A stretch of DNA of 64,000 bases from Takakia lepidozioides (GCA_030704615.1 CM060731.1:27528001-27592000); one strand, 5' to 3'. Shown: positions 11,500 to 26,105, counted from the first letter of the stretch. The notes: generated by a model from the letters alone, not told the origin. A program made the numbers and translations.

Positions 11500-13500
11500 A
11501 GTGTAGAGGCAGCCCAGAAAGCATGGACAGATGCTTGGTACACTCAGTTTGACTCGATTGAGTTTAACAATGACCTAGGTAGACTTTGTTGTAAAGTTTG
11601 TAGAGAGATATGAGGGAGGACAGTCTTTGCAAATGTTGGTACTGTCAATGTCAAGGTGAGTACATTCCAAGATCATGCTAGGTTAGAAAAGCACCGTAAG
11701 TTGTCTTGGGCCTACAATCTGGAGACTGGTACGAAAACCATAGAGAAAGCCATAGCTACCGTTAACCGAGCTTGTGATAATGTTGTTTTGGCTTTTTTTC
11801 AAGCTACTTACTACATTGGTTTGGAGTCATTGCCATTTAGCAAATTTCCATGTTTGTGTCGACTTTTGGTTACTCTCAAAGCTTGTATTACTCAGAGACT
11901 GTACCATGATGAGAAGTGTTGTGTTGATATATTGTTTTTTTTATCTCATGTGTTGTTCAAAAGAAGGTGTTGGATAGGGTGAAGGATTCCAAGTATTATG
12001 GAATCATGATAGAGTCAACTGACATTTCAATGACCGGTCACCTTGTTGTTTTTGCTTCTTTTGTTGAAGAGGGTTTGTCAGTGTTTTTGGGGTTACTTTA
12101 CATCATCAATGGCAAGAAAGATACAGCAATGATATATGCGTGTTCACTAACTGGTTTGAAAGAGTGGGGTTTGGAGCTAGATAAGTTTCTAGGATGTGGT
12201 TCGGATGGTGCAGCGACCATGGTGGGGTCTCGATCTGACGTGGCTGCTCGTCTTAAGCAAAATGTAAACCCCTTCATGCTGGCCATCCATTGCGCAACAC
12301 ATAAGACCAACTTAGCAGCATTAGAAACTACCAAAACATCGTCATGTGATGTTATTTCGAATGAGGTTGACACACTTTTAAACTCTCTTGCTGGTCATTT
12401 TCGCAAATCATCTAAGGGCAAGGCAGCCTTACAAGCTTTGCAGACCGAAATTAATGATGCTCAAATATGCCTCAAAAGATTTCACAAAATTCGTTGGTAA
12501 TCTAGGTAGCAGCTGTGACATCTGTTTGTGATAGTCGTGAGAGTGTTCTCACATATTTGAGAGATATGCTGGCAGCCAAGGATGATGGGTCAGCCCCTCT
12601 TTTATATATAATAAGCTAAGGTCATTTCAAAATTATTTATGTCTGGTATTTTTGGCTGACATTTTGCAGGTCTATCTCTACTCTCACGTGTGTTCTAATG
12701 GAAGTTTGTGGATGTAATCAGCATTGAGTCCATAATGAAGATAGAGATTGCACAAATACGGATGTTTTTCATTGAGGATAACACGAATTTGAACCATCCA
12801 CCTTCAATGAGGAAACAAGTTATCACATCATCCTAGAGTTTGGTCCTCATGGTGGGTATTTGAGGCGACTAGCCTTTGAGATTAAGGGATCCAAATTTCA
12901 TGGTGTACAAATGACATGAGAGAGGACAGGGGCCGATTTGGAGGTAGTACTAACCTTCCAAAAGCTTTATACAGAGGTTGTTTATAATGCTTTGGATTCC
13001 AGATATGAGGACCACAGAGTTGTAAGTGCATTCAAAATCTTAAGTCCATGTAGCCTACCATGTAGGCAAGGTGGGCTAGCAAGTTGGGGTGCAGCAGAGT
13101 TGGAAGTATTATGTGCGCACCATGGTGTGGAGAGGCTAATTGAAGGAAAGATGTTGTCTGCCCTTACTAATACAACAACGGTGAAACGAGAGTTCTTTGC
13201 TTTCAAACTACAAGCAAGTACCAAGCGGATGGAGAAAGCTTTCAAGGATCTTTGAGGCATGGTGACTTGGAATCCTTCTCTTACATGAAATATGAAAACC
13301 TACTTGTGCTTTCTGAGATTTTGTTCGAGTTTGTGTAAGCATTGCCGCATGTGAGAGGGCATTCGCAGTTCAACACTCAATCAAAACTAATTTTGAAACA
13401 AGTTGAAAACAAAGAATTTGGAAAGTGTGATTTTTGTTGCTTTGGAAGCGCCAGGTGTGTAGGCGTGTGAACCTATTTTGATTGAGGCTATATCTTTGTG
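11500..13500 (+). pseudogene. Decayed hAT-superfamily transposase (ZNF862-like)
   Basis: Frameshifted pieces give an N-terminal zinc finger (LCCKVC...FQDHARLEKH), catalytic-region motifs (IESTDIS, GSDGAATMVG, IHCATHKTNLA, KIRW) and a C-terminal dimerisation motif (ACERAFA, ~13345). There are multiple stops and frameshifts, and the termini were not found. Confidence 0.85.
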
Positions 13501-14772
13501 GAAGAACTCCACAAAATTCAGACATTTGTTCTCTCATCCTAAGCTGTATTTAGCCGGACAACCAGAAGGTGGCCCATCAACAGAAGGTACCATTGATGAT
13601 TTGCAATTTTGAATTTATGTAATTTGTTTGCATATGTGGTTGGTATAGATATGTAACGCTTCTAAAATTCAAGGGCCTTACTTTTTGATTGAGGTCCTTG
13701 CATTTTAGAAGGGTTCAATCCTTGGCCTCCAACTGGTTGTAGGGCATTCATAGGTTCAACTCCCGCCAAGGATACAATGTTCTTTACTTGTTTGGATAGC
13801 TTAAAATTGGTTGTGACTATTTTTTGTTGTGCATTTGACACTTGTGTTGTATTTGTATGAAACCGATTTTATTTTTTATTTTATAGGAAATGAACCGGTT
13901 GATTTGGACATGTAGAATCATAGTTAGGATAGGTTCTTTTCTTTTGAGGTACTTGGGAAGAGTGGGGGGGGGGGGTATGATCATGCTTAAGCCGATTTGG
14001 GTCAATTCTGGACGACTAGGGTAGCGGCTGCTCCAGGACGTCGTAGCGAGCACCTTTTTTAGATATGTGGTTCAATCAATCCTTCTATGCTTAAGGTGCA
14101 TAGTGCTAGATTAAGGTTGTTCTTTGGGGATTGTGTCATTTGCTTGGGCTTGCCGGTGAGTGCAACTGAGTTTGTAGATGACATCTGACGGTCTTTTCTA
14201 CAAAAATTCTATCTCTTGCTATGTAAACTGTTTAAACTATTTATATTTATATAGGAGCCGAGCCATCGGCTATTTAATGGAAAGCTCAACATACCACTTA
14301 TGGAGAGAGTCCCATCAAGCAGTAAAAGTAAAGGCTCCACATGGGTCGACGACCCGGTGACCTTCCAATTCCAACCCCTATAACTTATCTACACTAGAAA
14401 TTATCGTGTAGCCAGGCGCAAGAGCCTTCCAACCTTGCCACCTGCCCAAGGCTCATTGGTTAATCATATGGCAATTTTCGGGGCCAAAATCATGACATGC
14501 TGCCCTGTTGCCCGCTGCCCGAATCTTGGCTGGCGGGTGAGGATGGGTCCCGGAGGGCAGTATCCGCTGCCCCAGAGACTATCTTGGGGTGGATACACTG
14601 CAGAATTATTGGACTGCCCATGTGAGAAGGGGGGTGAAAAAAGCTAGGGGTTTTAACACTGGTGAAGTGGAGATAAGAGCGGGTTGCAAAACCCTGGGTG
14701 GAGGGGGAAGGGGAGCAGAGCAATCCAGCTATGGTGCTCACCTCACATCTGCCTGCGGTTTGTCGCACAAGA

Positions 14773-17700
14773 ATGGCAGCTATGGCTGCTGTGACCTTGG
14801 ATTCGCTTTCCTGCAATTTTCTGCCTGTCTCTTCTGCCCAACCGAATGCTGTGTCTGCAAGGTTCTCATCGTTAGTAGGTCAGAGAATTCGCTTCGGGCA
14901 CATGCGAGGCTTGTCGGGCATCACAGGAAACGTTGCAAGGATCAGTATGAGTTTGAAAAGTGGAATTGTCGGTCTCCCGAATGTTGGCAAGTCCACTCTT
15001 TTCAATGCGCTGGTAATAGACTGTTGGTGGCTCTCTTGCTCTCTTCATGAATCTCTTATTGGAAGGCGTTTCCCTGGAGGCCCAATCGTCTTCTCTTTCC
15101 TGTGTCGTGTCTTATTTTTGCTTCTAGCTGGATCCTTCCTGTGTAGTAATTCCGGAAATGCACACTTGGCTTCTTTCTCTCCCTAACGCAGTCCTTCAGT
15201 TCTCTTTCGGAATTGAAAGAAGGGAGAATCGACTGGGAGGTTCGTGAGAGACAGGTAGAGTCGAATTTTCTAGAGTTTATGCAGTGAGGCCGGGGCTTGG
15301 GGCAGGTGGAGAATGGAAAAGCACAAGCAGCAAACTTTCCTTTCTGCACCATCGAGCCCAATGTCGGTGTGGTGGCAGTGCCAGACCCACGTCTGGATAT
15401 TCTCTCCCAGCTCAGCAAGTCGCAGCGCATTGTACCTACCAGCGTGGAATTTGTGGACATTGCTGGGCTTGTTAAAGGAGCCAGCCAGGGCGAGGTCTCT
15501 GTTCTCTTTGTCTCTCCCACTCTGTGCTGCTTCTTACTCCAGCATTGTATATCTGTTTCATTGGATTTTGTGAATCAGGTAATTTGTGTCTATCTGTGCC
15601 TGTAGCACCCTTCTTCGGTCTTTCAGAATGAGAATTTTCCACTTCTCGCTGACGATGTCTTTTGGTATATGTGTGAATTGTGGATGGCCATGGCAGGGGC
15701 TTGGCAACAAGTTTCTGTCGCATATCCGGGAAGTTGATTGTATCATCCAGGTGAAGCTCTTACTAGCTGATGTGTGTGCACCAATTCCTCGAACTTGCAC
15801 CAGCTATCTGCTCCTCTCCCCTGCTACGCCTCAGCTCTCTGTAATTGTCTCTTTTAACGAAGATGGTTCTGCCAAACTGGGTTCAGGGTTTATGGCCACA
15901 AGGCTACGGAAAAGATGTCTTATGAGTATATTCTATTAACAACAATGGCAGGGACGCAGCCAATTGTCCTCAAGATCAGTGTGCTGGCTCCCTTCCTCCC
16001 TCCAGCTCACACCCTCTTCTATTGTCTCTGGTAACAAAGATGACAAGGACTCAGGCAGTAGTCCTCAAGATCACATGCTGTACCACAAAGTCATGCCTTC
16101 TCTCTCACACTTTCTAATCAAGTGGAATGTCCAACACTCCAATGGCACTGCCAGTGGTTCTCAAAGCATTTTGTCAAATCCTCGTAATAGGGTTGTTTAA
16201 GAAAAGAGAGAAAGATGGAGATTTGAGGGAAGATAGTGATCACCTTAAAATGATGTCAAGGAAATATCTCATGTTCTCATATCATGATTGACAGCACATA
16301 TAGAGGGTGCTTGCATGGTCACTCCTTTTCTGATTGGTTGGGACCTATGTCAACAACATCCCCTTTTATGGGTGTGTGCTCTCACTATTTAGTTGTCTTT
16401 GTCTATAACGCTGGCAAGTATTGTCCTCGAGAGAGGGTATCGTCATGTGAGGCTAGACTAAAGAAAGGCCGATGGCAGGAAGGGTTTGGGCATGAGATTG
16501 CAGTCTTTGTGCAAGCTAGCCTTACTTTGATCCTTATGAGAATTGTTTTATTCAGATAGAGAAAAGCTAGGTTGAAGACCGGTTAACAAGGCAAGCAAAG
16601 GACATGTATAACTGATCAGACAGCACATGTAGACCGAGTGCTTGCATCCTTTGAGGATACACCAACGACATCCCCTTCTTTGGACTATGCTTATATTATC
16701 TCTTCAATTGTCTCCGTCTATAGTGGCAAGATGGACCAGACACCTTTCTCGATAGAGGTAACTCGATTTTTTTGGTGATAGACAAGGCCATAGGTACAAA
16801 GAATGGGACATTGTTGGCATGTCATCCAAAGGGATTTACCATGCATGCGCCTGGTGTACATGTGATATTCAATCTTAGTATATGTATGATATTTCCTCTA
16901 TCTACTTGCCTTCGTAGCTGGTCTAACACCCTCTCAATCTAGCTTCCTCTCTCTTTGGATAAATTGTCTCTCAATGGCCACAAGGCTACTGCAAACAACG
17001 TCTTATGAGTACAATCTTTGGATAAATTAACTTTCTCTGTCTGTATATGGATCATAGTGACACTGGTATTGCACACCTTGAAGACTGGTATCTCATGTCC
17101 AGGCCCTCCTGGTGTCGGCCTTTCTTCAATCTTTACCACCATGCCCACTCGGGGCTAACAATGCAAAAGATGAGAGTCAGGGAGGGTGTAGCATTGTGAG
17201 GTAAACAGGTAACTTACTCATTGAGTGAAAGAAGTCTTGATTCATTGCATTGATTTTCATAGGTCTTGAAAATGGCTCCTATTGAGAATGATTTATTGAT
17301 CATCTGATGGAGACAGGTGGTGCGGTGCTTTGAGGACAATGACATAATCCATGTAAATGGGAAGGTAGACCCGGATGTGGATATTGATATCATAAACTTG
17401 GAGCTTGCATTCACAGACATTGCTCAGGTGGGCACTGCCACTCTTTATGGCTGAGTGAGGAAGCAAATCTTTTTTTGGAGGGTTTGTAGGATAGGTGACA
17501 TTACCATCGGTTGCTGTACACTTGAATTGATACCTCACCGTCAAACCCTTGGGTATGCAAGCTATGGGTCAAGTTCGAAAGCATTGTTTAGGTTGATGGA
17601 TAATTTTCTGTGTGTATACAGTTCACCCTTCAGCAGTTCTCTGGAAACATTGTCAATGACATTGCCTAACCTCCGGTCGTGGGGTTTCAATCCATCATGG

Positions 17701-20700
17701 TGTAATATATAACATGGATGTACTTATTTACTGTTCCTGTGAACATTGGCGGTGGCATACCCTCAACCCTGCCTGAGCATGTTGCTGTTGCAGCCCAGCA
17801 GGGCATGAGACTCAACCTGAAATTGTCATAGTGCTCACACATAGGATCAAGTGGGTTATCCAGGCTTGAACCACGTCTCCTACGAAAACTCGGTGATGGC
17901 CTGGTATCATGGCAGAGAACACAATGTGCTTCCAGCACTGCTTTTCTAGCCCTAATTTTGCCATAGAAATGAATTGCCAGTCAGTGTCTAGAATTGAGGA
18001 GGGAGTAACACATTGACTATTTCAAGTGCATGGAGTAGTTATCTACCCTGGTTCTGGGGTTTCAGTCCCCCAAGGTTTAACAGGTGCAACCTAAAAATGT
18101 CCTTCTACAAGGCCAATGACAATCTGGTGAAATTTTATTGTGTGTTAATAATGTATTAACGGGTATTGCCATCATAATAGAAAGCATGAGGTTCCAGCAC
18201 TGCAGCCGTAGCCCTCCAGTCATATATGTGACAAATGTGGTTATGATTGTACTGTCAAGTCAAACTCATGAAGAATGGGCAGGCAGAAGAGAAATGTACT
18301 CATAAGATGTTTGCCGTAGCCTCGTGGCCTTAGAACCTGTGACCAGTTTGGGTGGAACAAAAAGGAACAGACTCTACCTTTGTCAGGGGCTCACTCCGGT
18401 AGTGGACTTACCTTGGTATAAACAACTACGGGCTTTCCGGACATCCTCTAGAAAGCCCTTCACACAAGCATCAATCTGCTGTGTATGAGCAGCCCAGCAA
18501 CTAGACTCCAACAGGGCCAAGGCTTTAGTCTCAGCCTAGAGATTTTCGAAGTTGGTGAACAGAGGTGCAGGAACAATGTTCTTGATGTTCCTGAAGAGGG
18601 TCACTCTCTGGGGAGAATCCCCAGTACAATGTATCCGAAAATGTTCAGGCTGTCCACACATTAGGTTAATTACAATCTCCTTTTTCCTCTCTGCATCTGT
18701 TTATTGTTTAAAGGTAGGATCCCTGCCCGGAGTTTAAATTTCAGTCTAGTGCCAAGGGTAGGTAGGCCCTTCAGATCCTCCTTAATGTCCTCGCTCATGT
18801 CATAGACTGGAAACAAGTTCAGGGAATTTTTATGCCTAACATCCGTTTCATCGGACAGTCTTTGGGCCTTTCTTATACAGATTGACAATGACACCCTCTC
18901 TCCAGTGAAAGGGAATCACTTCAGTCTTCCAAATAAGGTTAAAGAGAAGGGCAAGGGCCTCTTCCTTAGGATCGCCACCAGCTTGATTAGCTGATGACAA
19001 TGCTATTAGGCCCACCTGCTTGGTAGCCCTCTAGAGTGCCAATAGCTGTTCTATCAACCGCCACGTTGGCACATTGGTGAAAGAACTCCTCATCCACTAT
19101 GATATAATCCCCTACAAACTGTTCCCCAGCGTGGGCTTTTTCATGAGTCCACAACAAAGGGTCTTCTTTTGACCTATTGTTCAATTCCAGAAGCTGAAGT
19201 TCTAGGCACTTGATATGCCGCTCGCCATGGGAATTTTGCTCATCCTCGCCAGAAAGCCCTATGACATCGTCTTGTTGTAGACCCTTACCCATGTGGACAT
19301 TAAGTCACCTATCAACACCACGTGGCCTTTGGCGAGGAACCTAGCACGGTCAAGTTTGACTTCCTCAAACGCTTTATCCGCATCAACACTAAGGGTTCCC
19401 TCTGTAGGCATGTAGACACACTCCACAAAGAAGTCCTTAGCCCTCATCCTGCCCTCATGGTTTCACAATTATCACAAGAAATCACGTACTAAAATCCTCA
19501 CCCTTTTTGACCATGCTTTCCAGAGGTTGTCTTGAGGGTACACAGCTTCCATACCACTTATAGCCGTTGACATCCCAACCAGATTGTCGGAAGTTTCCCA
19601 TGTCCCCTGCCCAGCACAAATGTCATTTGCTTCCACTTCAAATTGTCTCTTTGGTTAATCAACCCACACAAGTTAAGAGTGCCCAGCCACAGACCGGCCT
19701 TATGCATTGAAATTGTATGCCGTCTAGGTGGCTTTTGAATGCTGCTAGACATCCTGCAATTCTGCATTGATGGGTCGGTTTTATTGCGTGTAGGTTCTGA
19801 TCGTCTTGTGTGACTTTGAGGATTGGCATGCCATTGAGCATGCCATATCCTTCATTCATACGCTGATCAATGCACACAAAGGCATGTCTGACTCGCATGA
19901 TCTACTTGCATAGAATTTTGGGCTTGGCTTCCCCGAGGAGATGTCAACCTTAGTAGTCCATTCTGGGTCAACCTCTTCCAGGACTTCAAATGGGTGGGAA
20001 ATTTTCAGTTTAAAGTCCTCTTCCTTGGCTGTCTTCCCTGAGGTAATCACCAACGTCTAAGATCGCTCTCCAACCAGTCAGGGGTTGAACCTCTCTGAGA
20101 TCAATGTGTCGTGGGACGCTACTTGTAGCATTCTTAAACATTGTCACCTTCAATGTACCTCTGTTACCAAGTCTCGAGATTGTGGCCTCAGCCACATAAT
20201 CCATGCCTAAACTTGAGACACGTCATCCATCCTGAGATTCAACCCAAAGACTACACATGAAGCTCTAGGTTTGGCATAAGTGACTAGTTCCCAGGAATCA
20301 TCCTGGGGAATGTGGACATTATCACGATTTTTTTTGTTATTCTCAGGCTACAGATCTAAACACAAGGGCATACCCTAGCCCAAGTGCCGAGCATCACTGC
20401 CCACTTTGAGTGGAGGTGCTGTCCCCAAGCGGTAGGGATCTGCTTGTGACCATTCAGAGATCATCATTCCATAGGAGCTCCAGGGGAATGGCCCGCATAG
20501 ACATATTCTAAAGAGGCCCCATCGCTCCAACTAAATCGAATGTACTACCATACCCAAAGCAAGTGTGCTTCAGGTCAAACACACATAGGCGAGGGGTCAC
20601 AAGGCTGACATTTAGTCAGAGACAATAATCTCCTCCCTTGTCAAGTCCACCTAATGATAATATGCTTCCTAGTGGGCAGGGAGAAGCAGACAGAAGAGAG

Positions 20701-23603
20701 TTAGAGAAAGAAAGAATTGAAGCTATTGTAAAACATCCACAGGGAGCCCTACCTGTATAGGAAAAGAGAAAGCATGAAAGAGAGAATGAAGTTATGGGTC
20801 CATGAGAGGGGAGGCAGTATAGTTACAACACATACCAAAAGAGAGAGATAATTGTTTGTAATGGGGAGGTTGCACCCCTTGCAGCCTTAATGGATACGGG
20901 AGCATGCGATAGACTCTGGATCCTGAGGCTAAATTCCGTTTGCTTATGTTTGGAAGTGTGCAGATTGAAAAAAGACTGGAGAGGCTGAAGAAAGGCAGGT
21001 CAAAGGATCCTCAAACAAAAGCAAAGGTTTGTTTTAATCTTTTTGTTGGCCCCCAGCTTACAGGGTTTCTGTTGTTCCTAATTGTTGTCACCATCTACTT
21101 TTCATTGTTTTACGAATTTATTTATCGTTCCTATGTTTTAAACCCCCAAAATCCTGCCAACTTTCAAATCCTGTGAGCTCCTCGATCCTCAATGTTTGAA
21201 ATCTCACCATGCGGTCACTTTCTGTTTGGCATTGTCTTGTGTATTGTTGCTGTCTTGTGCAATCCAAGGATGTCTTAGCCAGATGCCTGTAACATGAGAG
21301 AGCTAGTTGCTTCTGTTTGTCTTGTAGATGACCATTGTTGGGATTGTGTGTAGGAAGAAATGGAGGTGGCAGTTCTCCAGAGAATAAATGATGCATTACT
21401 GGCAGGGCAGCCAGCAAGGTTGGTTCCCCTTTCAGAGGAGGAGAGTAAGGTGGTGCAGCAGCTGTGCTTGCTCACCATGAAGCCAGTAATTTTTGCAGCT
21501 AATGTGGCAGAGTCTGACCTTGCAAATCCGTCCAGTAATCCTCATGTCCAGAAAGTTAGCACATGTGCTGCCAGCCTCAATGCAGAAGTGGTGGTTGTTT
21601 CAGCCCAGGTGTGTGCCCTTCTGTGATCTGTTTTCATAGCAATCTGCAAGGGCCTTCAACTCAGTCTCCAGTGGAATTTCTGCATTCTCTACAATGTTGC
21701 AGAGAAATTTGTTGTTTTGAAGTAGTAATGTGTTGCTATCATGCTGCTAAGGAGGGAGTAGCTCAGGTTCCAGGTGGAAGGCCTAGAGTCTAAGTAAAGT
21801 GGGATTGAACTGCAGGTGGAGGCCGAGTTAACAGAGCTTGATGCTGCAGAGAGAGACGAGTTTTTGAAGTCATTGGGTGTGACTGAAGGAGGTTTGGGTT
21901 CACTTGTACGAGCCACCTATAATCTGCTTGGCTTACGGACATACTTCACTTCTGGTGAAAAGGTGCTGCTTTGACCTATCGTGATCTTCTTTTTCTTGTG
22001 CCAAATGTGCTGGAGCACAAATGTCTGTCTCTTACTTGCATGTGACAGTCGATGTTTTAGGGTATTCTCACATGTGATTTTGATTCTTGTAGTTACTCTA
22101 TGTGTCATAAGCTCTCTGGGCCTCCTCTGGTCATGATAAATATGCCCCCTCTTCTTCTTCTTTCTCTCTTCCACTGCGAAAAACACAATGACTTGAAATG
22201 AACATGGCTTTGGCGAAGTGGTTTCTGTATCTTGTGATAGTTACCATTAGAACCAGGGTTTTCTGGCGCATTAGTTGGTAGCACTGAGGTGGGGTGACTA
22301 GAATAAAATGTTGGCTGTAGTTCCCGAGTCTGTCCATGGTCTTGCTTTGTTTAGGGAGTTGCAAATCAAGGTTCAACCGATCTACCTTAACAAGGTCACT
22401 CCATTGTTCAGTTATTGTGAGTCCAAACTGCATATTTCACGACTAGCTATTGAGGATTTGAGGATATGTTTATGCCAAAAACTCTGAATTTTGTTGGCTT
22501 CCAGGGGAGGGCCCGTAATGAACCTCGGTGTGAAATCAATCAAACATGTAGAAGTTGAAGTAAGCAGTTAGTGTGCAATTTTTATTGAGGTCATCAATTG
22601 TTCCATTTGAATGCATTACATTATGGACATAGCATGAGCACAGTCATCTGATTGGGGAACCACGCCGTGTAATGTAATTGATGACAGGAAACGCGAGCTT
22701 GGACCATTCTCTCAGGTCTGTTTCAGCTGCAAAAGTACTCACATATGTGACAGTTTATGTTGAATATGATTGTTTGAGATCATCATTTCAAGAGCTGATG
22801 AGAGACAACTCGCAGACACAGAGAGAGAGACCTTGTTCAGAGAGATGTGAATTTACTACTAACAGGGCTGTCAAGTGAGATTGAGAGTTCCAAACTGTTG
22901 GCAATGTGTGGACAGGGATGACAGCCCCGCAGGCAGCTGGGGTGATCCATACAGACTTTGAGCGAGGCTTCATTCGCGCCGAGACAGTAAGTTTTCAAAA
23001 GTTCCAGTATTACTTGATGTTTATTCTTCTTCACTTTCTTTACCCAGTTCTCCTCTCTTCTTTTCTCGTCTCAGATTCTACTGGGTAGAAAGAAAACCAT
23101 ACTGGCTAGCTTGAACAACGATGCAAGGCCTGAGACATAAGATTCAAATTGCAAACTCTCTGGATTTTTCTGTGTAACTCACCTTATCTTTCTTATGCTA
23201 ATCCGGGACAGATTGCTTATGAGGACTATGTCAAAGCTGGTTCATTTTCCGCAGCTAAAGAAAAAGGCTTGGTGAGATGCTTTTCCAGAATCATTTGGCT
23301 AATACTTAATTGTCAGTATCAAGAGTTGGGCTCCTTCAATTTGTCTTGGCATTTCTAAGAATGTTTTCTTGTTGGCACATTATTTGATTAGGCACTAATG
23401 GCTTGGATGTTGGCTGTTGTCACTTTCTCACGTGGGTGAAGGAGAGAGGAATGAGCATCTTTTCTCAGTAAATTTGGATGAGAGAGGAGAATTGAACATG
23501 CTTGTGGTGGCAATCTCGTTATGATGGAATGCAGATGAGGTCAGAGGGCAAAGAGTACAGTGTACAGGAGGGTGATGTTATGCTCTTTCGCTTCAATGTA
23601 TGA
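14773..23603 (+). CDS. ychF: Obg-like ribosome-binding ATPase YchF/OLA1 (EngD family) with an N-terminal organellar, probably plastid, transit peptide; ~428 aa, 11 exons
   Basis: Exons 14773-15012, 15306-15494, 15697-15750, 17317-17427, 20964-21026, 21354-21608, 21816-21962, 22688-22715, 22916-22986, 23212-23271 and 23535-23603 are all GT..AG and total 1287 nt in frame. Motifs: [17 protein letters not shown] (G1), [11 protein letters not shown] (G2), [20 protein letters not shown] (G3), NVAE (G4 variant), TGS domain (ETRAWT...[24 protein letters not shown]) and [19 protein letters not shown]. An alternative in-frame ATG is at 14731. Confidence 0.95.
16260..16897. repeat. Degenerate inverted and direct repeats in YchF intron 3, possibly an old MITE
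   Basis: The stretch ggaaatatc...gattgacagcacatatagagggtgcttgcatggt (16260-16320) is mirrored by accatgcatgcgcctggtgtacatgtgatattcaatc...gatatttcc (16838-16897). A direct copy lies at ~16614-16690. Confidence 0.45.
18700..20350 (-). mobile_element. Degenerate LINE fragment (ORF1 plus APE endonuclease) in YchF intron 4
   Basis: Minus-strand pieces [25 protein letters not shown] and [11 protein letters not shown] appear in APE-endonuclease order, preceded by ORF1-like fragments. The region is heavily frameshifted. Confidence 0.6.
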
Positions 23604-24054
23604 CTCTTCAAGCTTCATGTGGGACTGCTTCAAGAGCTTCCTTGCTCGATACCACGTGCTCTGTGAGGTGTGAGGAATTTTAACAAGAGAGGTTGGAGAG
23701 TTTCCTTCCCTTATTTTTCCCTCATTCAAGAGTCTGTTAAGCCAGTGTCACCAAGCTCCCTCCTCTCAGATCCTCTGTAACGAAATCAAGATTTTTCTGA
23801 CTGAAGATAAGAGCATTTTTTGTGGATAGTATCATCCTAGAGTAGGAATCGACAGCGCTATGGCAGCGGATCTGTCATTGAGATAGTAACTATTCAGTAA
23901 CCCTGCTATGGCGAAGGGTTTGCACATTCATGTAGTGTGTGGAGTACTGATTACTGAAAAAACATCACAAGGCAGGCTTTCTCAAAATGAAAGCCAATCA
24001 ACCAATTTATTTTTTTCCATGAATTTTTTGAGTAGTAATATAGCCAATCATTGT

Positions 24055-24250
24055 TCCAGGAAAGCCCACTTTCTATTTTTCACCAATTTCCAGCGACCAA
24101 AAGTACTTGAAATTCCATATCTCACGCACCGCAGGTCCAAAAATTATGAGACGAAGTCGGTGCACCCCTCCTCATGGAGGGCTTTTCAGAGCACTAGGGG
24201 CCACAAAACAAACAAACAACCAGTCAACCTTGCTTCATATGTTCATTACG
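24055..24250 (-). repeat. Dispersed repeat, copy 1 (inverted partner of 25866-26105)
   Basis: cccactt...aatttccagcgaccaaaagtacttgaaattcca...cgcaggt...aaaattatgagac...cccctcctc..gagggcttt...aaaacaaacaaaca is the reverse complement of 25866-26105. Confidence 0.8.
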
Positions 24251-24280
24251 ATATTAATCCAATTGGGTACCAATAGGAAG

Positions 24281-24545
24281 CAGTTTTTTTTTTCTCGGCG
24301 AAAAATCGGCAGATTTCGAAATGGAAACTCGGTCAGCTACTTGTACAATGGAATTATGGGGGGTAAAATTCGAGATTTTCGCCAAAAAGCACCAGCAGAT
24401 AAATTTCAAGAGCCTAATCTTGATGATGTGGACCAGTTAAAACATGCCACCTGGAATATAGCCACTTTTCTAACTCTGTCACCTCGATATTCTCACCACA
24501 TGGCACCGGGTAGAATTCACAGACGGGCTGCCTCCGATTTTTGAA
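24281..24545. mobile_element. Fragment related to the 5345-5609 MITE family
   Basis: It begins cagtttttttttt and carries ggcgaaaaatcggcagatttcg and tttcgccaaaa motifs. The right TIR and TSD are not seen. Confidence 0.45.
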
Positions 24546-25865
24546 AAATGAAAAAGAAAACAATGATAGGAACTCATAAATGTCCTTTTTTTTCTTTTTT
24601 TTTTCTTTTTTATAAATTTTAAAGAACAGGGGACAAGGCCCTGGTTGGTAATGTCCTAATTTTATTAACCCTTTACAGTGTACATAGATGAGGTTACATA
24701 ATCATGATGATTACTGGGGATTTTGTAATTTGGTGTGTATAATACAATTAAAACACCATGTGATCATATGAATGACTAATGGGTCTATTGGTTAACAAGT
24801 AATAAACTATAACTCTTATAGTAAAGAGGTTGCAGGTTCAAATTCCTCTAAATACAATTAAATGGATAAGATGGCCCTAGGGTTAGTAGGCGAGCTAGGG
24901 ATAGCACGTGGTACCCTAGATGGACTGGTTACTGTAAACCCAAACCTTATCACACTTCTCTCTAGTTACACCCCAAACCTTATTGTACTACCCTAGTACC
25001 TCTTCCGAATGTTTCATGCTATTCTAATATTTTACTACCCTTGTCACATCCAAAACATGATTCATTCCAATGGCGTGGTATGTGAACATTGTGCTTGATA
25101 TGAAGATTCAATCAATAAAATTACTAGCAAGTTGTATCGAGTATGGTAGATTAGGAGTCTGGCCCATGTTCGATGCGACCCATTTGTTTATCGTGATCCT
25201 GCAATGGAATATTACTTTATTCGACTTCCAAGTGGACGTTCAATGAATTGTTCAATACTGCTACTTCACATTGAGCACTTCAATATCAAATGGACCTCTT
25301 ATATGACACATTTTGAAACAAGTATGACATCACCTGAAATTTCACAAAGTTCAATCACACATACACCATGATATTATTAATATTTCGAATTAATTTTAAT
25401 GCAAATATATATTAAGTTCCGGATTTAAGCCAAAAGTCTAGAATTAATTAAAATAGTGTTATATGTATTCACAACAAGCCATACATAGGTGAGATTTGAA
25501 CCCATACCATTGCCTCTTTGGCAGCCCATATTTAAACACAAGGAGGGAGAAACCACCCCAGTTGTGTGCACCCCCGCTGGATAAGGGGACTACACTACTC
25601 TATCTAGTATCTATTCTTCAGTAAGACATTACTAATATATGATAGAGAGGTTGTAGCATATAAGAATTCAACAACATATCATGTTATTGCTGCAACACCC
25701 CCCCACAATATAACTGCCAAGTACTCACTGTGTGGCAGCCCACATGCATCTAAAGATGCCACAAAGTACGAAAATGGCAAACCAGAGTCCTATCCATCCA
25801 TACATGGGGACTTGATGATGAGACATCTTCGGGCATTATGAAATTAGCATTTAGGACTCTAACAA

Positions 25866-26105
25866 TCTGATATATATGAAAGAAGCCAGTTTGTTTGTTT
25901 TGTTTTGTTTTGTCACGTTGAGATGTCCCAAAACCTGAGGCCCCAGCGCTGGTCCTTGGTACTGTTGGAAAGCCCTCGACGAGGAGGGGTACACGGGCTT
26001 GGTCTCATAATTTTCGTACCTGCGGTGTGGGAGATGTGGAATTTCAAGTACTTTTGGTCGCTGGAAATTCACCAAAAAAACAAAGTGGGCATTCTTGGGA
26101 CAATG
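25866..26105 (+). repeat. Dispersed repeat, copy 2
   Basis: It is the reverse complement of 24055-24250. The spurious ORFs 25851-26075(-) and 23908-24276(+) share NFQRPKVLEIP for this reason. Confidence 0.8.
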
